Origin: Dendrobates tinctorius
Taxonomy: Eukaryota
Length of the DNA: 64,000 nt
Assembly: GCF_039654945.1 (NCBI RefSeq)
Contig: NW_027361696.1
Span: forward strand, 68,448,001 to 68,512,000
Direction: 5' to 3'
The notes under the pieces are model-generated. The model did not search any database. It was given only the letters and a program-made list of their open reading frames with translations, and was not told the DNA's origin. Shown in pieces: positions 61,191 through 64,000 of this stretch. Numbering within the stretch: position 1 is the first letter of the stretch; each line of letters begins with the position of its first letter. The translations under genes were made by a program, and so were the position numbers.

Positions 61191-63423
61191 TACTACTCTG
61201 AAGAAGACAGGGTATTATTTATGGCAGCCTGTCTGAATTGATGCCGCCCTATGGCATAGGCTGTAGTAAAGGTGGCCCTGCTCACCATTGCTTTCAGCCC
61301 CCTATACATATGCACGCTCTCCTCAGCTAAGCATGCTCGTGTTCTGAATGGGAGTAAGCTTCCGCCATTCACCTCTGTCGGTGGCTTTTCTACTGGGAGG
61401 GAAAAAAAATGGGCAAATAAGTTCAGAGTACGTACCCCATCTTTTTTTAACGCAACATTAACGAGGTAGAGTCACATGCCAAGAGGATTTCCTGACTTCT
61501 GGCAGATTCTTTATTTGTTGCCATATTTTTTTCCACAAGCCCTTGATGCTTCTCATGACACTGCACCTCGTGCTATGAAGTCAGCAGAAGTGTCGCACAT
61601 ATGTGAGTTGCAAAAAGTTTTGTTACTTCAGGAGAGTTTGCTCCTTCCAGAGCGTTATTGATGGTGCTTGTCCGGTATCAGGTGATGTGCAAAAGAGAAA
61701 ACGATCCAACTTCTGGTCTAAAAACAAAAATAATGAAAAATTGTTAAAAAAATACACGGCACACCGAAACACACGAATGGTGGATAAGGGGAAAACATAT
61801 CAGAACACGTTTCGAAGGCACATTGCGTTCCGCAGTAGCAAGTGATGACGGAAGAGTTAAGTTGTTTTCACCCACTGTAAAGTAGGTCTTGTCATGGCCC
61901 TGGGCTCTTGGCATATATGAAGTGGGAATTTTCATGTGCCGCAGTTGTCCAGTCTCGGAGTTAGCATTTTATGTCTGTGTACAGTAGTCAGACAAAGGAC
62001 GGTATTCTCCTGAGCCCAAGCAAGAAAAAATAGTCTGTGCAGCAAAGACAAATGACATAAATTGGGTGTGGCGCTTCATTTTACAAACATGTAAACCAAT
62101 AAAAGTAAAGTCCAAAATTCGGCAGATGTCACCACCCAGGGCCCCTGGAAGCAGACAGCTTACTGCATGGGAATTATCAGATGTCTTGATACTCCAGGGT
62201 CAGCATGTGCCCAATCAAGTGGCCAGAGGATATTATTTTTGGAGAAGGGAGGGGGCGAAACCCCAATAAATAAGCTTTCTGATTTGTGTAAATGTTTACA
62301 ATTTTTTTTGTCATGAGATATTCATTGGAATTTTCAAATTCTTCAAAGTGGCACATTAATGTTGTGCAAAGTAAAAAAGAATCTTTATTTTTGTTTTCTC
62401 CTTTTTAGAACAAAAAAAGTCTCACGTTCCACAAAATGTCACAAAATTTGCACAAAATTGTTCTGGAGTACAAACAGAACAAAAAAATCACTCCAAGGAA
62501 AGGGGGGAATAGAGAACATTTGCACAAAAATATTTAGCAAATTTTCTAAAAAGCTGCATTTGATGGATCGGCCTCAAACATCTAGATAAACCACACTGAA
62601 GAAGAATCGGAAAACTAACTTTAAAAAAGGCACCAATTCTTGGATGAATTTGTCGAAAATTAAAAGCTTACAATATGAATGTTATATAGGCCAAAAAACG
62701 GACTATAATGCAGTGTTGAATGGGGTGCAATAACTTTATATCACTTGATGGAAAGCAGGAGGTAATGTCCTGGATGGTAGATGTGTTGGGAATGTAAGCT
62801 GTACCAATAACATTAGGTTACTGAGAGGGTTTAATGTGACATGATTTTGGGTCCTGGTTTTGTGAGTAACCAAAAAGTATCTGGCTGGGAAAAGTTGATC
62901 CTATGATCCAGTCCGGGTGTTTACAGGTCTATTAACAGCAGCTGGGTTAGCTCAGCAGAGTGGAGTGTGTTGTAACTGGAGAAAGGCCGAGCTGCTGGAT
63001 AGTCTGCTCTGCAACGAGAAATGTGCTAGAGTCAAACAGAGAAGTGTGTGTTTGGTGAAAACGTTTAATACAAGTTTGAGCTGCTGCTTGGAATAGCGAG
63101 GTTGGTAACGTTGCTACATATATATTGTTCCATTCTGCCTGAACAAAAAAACTGTTTGTCATCCATTAATCCTGAAGGAAGGCTGTTTTCATTTTAGAGC
63201 TGTAAAGTTTATGATGGACAATAAATTACATGCTGTTTTGATATAAAACCCTGTGTCACGTGTATCCAAAGATGTGAACCCCTCTACACTATTTGAAAAT
63301 GTCTGAAACTTTGCATTTATATTTTCAAGCCAAGTCATCAACAAGTTTGTGGCAGAAAACTGTTTGAAATGTTGAAACTTTTTGCACCAGATCCAAAAAT
63401 ATTATCAAAGTGACGCAAATAAG

Positions 63424-63845
63424 ATATGCAAATTGCCTCTTCAGAAAGAAAGAGGACTTTTACGCTACAGCGTCACCTATTGGTAGTAGCGATCCTACAA
63501 GTCACAATCAACCCTTTAACGAGTCTTGTAATATGACTTAGGATACAAGCCAAGCGATCCTACAAGTCACAATCAACCCTTTAACGAGTCTTGTAATATG
63601 ACTTAGGATACAAGCCAAATACAATGGCTTGTATCCTAAGTCATATTACAAGACTCGTTAAAGGGTTGATTGTGACTTGTAGGATCGCTACTACCAATAG
63701 GTGGCGCTGTAGAGTAAAAGTCCTCTTTCTTTCTGAAGAGGCAATTTGCATATTATTTTCCCAGAGGAGCATTGCACGGCAAATAAGCCTCCTTACCTTG
63801 ACAAGCCACAGCTGGCATGTCACTCTCCGCAAGGAGAAACCTTAC
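63424..63845. repeat. Fold-back (inverted) copy of a diverged member of the 326-bp retrozyme family, without the ribozyme
   Basis: Arms 63424-63617 and 63625-63753, 7-nt spacer, 65-bp tandem duplication (63488, 63553); homologous to 43710-43925. Confidence 0.85.
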
Positions 63846-64000
63846 CTCTTAGACCACAAATAAGATAGAAATGTACTTGAAATTCATGTCTGGAGTCTAT
63901 TTTTTATGCTGGCATACTGCATCTGAAAGATGGGACAAATTCAATAAAAATTGCATGCCTCTTAGTGAATTTTGCACATCTTCCTCCAGTATGCCTTGGA

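Noticed and set aside
61470-62270. Short ORFs as a host exon or transposase
   Set aside because: No recognisable motifs or consistent splice pattern; left unannotated.
51300-64000. ntf4, expected upstream by synteny
   Set aside because: No neurotrophin motifs seen in any listed ORF; it probably lies outside the window.

Overview
Repeat-rich vertebrate genomic DNA, almost certainly from a frog (the LH-beta is anuran-like, and DIRS, Penelope, Tc1, CR1, L2 and Kolobok-type elements are present). Two host genes lie in tandem on the minus strand. (1) A five-exon gene for a 331-aa protein resembling SAXO3 (CDS 36489->29716). (2) The luteinizing hormone beta gene lhb: candidate exon 1 at ~23170-23116 with a mammal-like Pitx1/SF-1/Egr-1/TATA promoter, coding exons 8286-8119 and 7011-6781, and a ~14.8 kb TE-filled intron 1. 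Mobile elements: a Gypsy LTR element with a tRNA-Ser PBS, a solo LTR, a full-length DIRS1 and a deleted one, a Penelope element with inverted repeats, two Tc1 copies, three near-identical CR1 copies, two L2 copies with 2A-like peptides, and hAT/Harbinger/Kolobok-type MITEs. The most unusual signal is non-coding: two families of 326-351 bp repeats carrying type I hammerhead ribozymes on the minus strand (retrozyme / newt satellite-2-like). One is a TSD-flanked 2.36-mer with two intact ribozymes exactly 351 nt apart. The other family also carries octamer, SPH-like, PSE-like and CTCF-like motifs, and appears as a 1.2-mer, a copy with an LTR inserted in the ribozyme, and a fold-back copy lacking the ribozyme. 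All calls are by eye; no searches were run.
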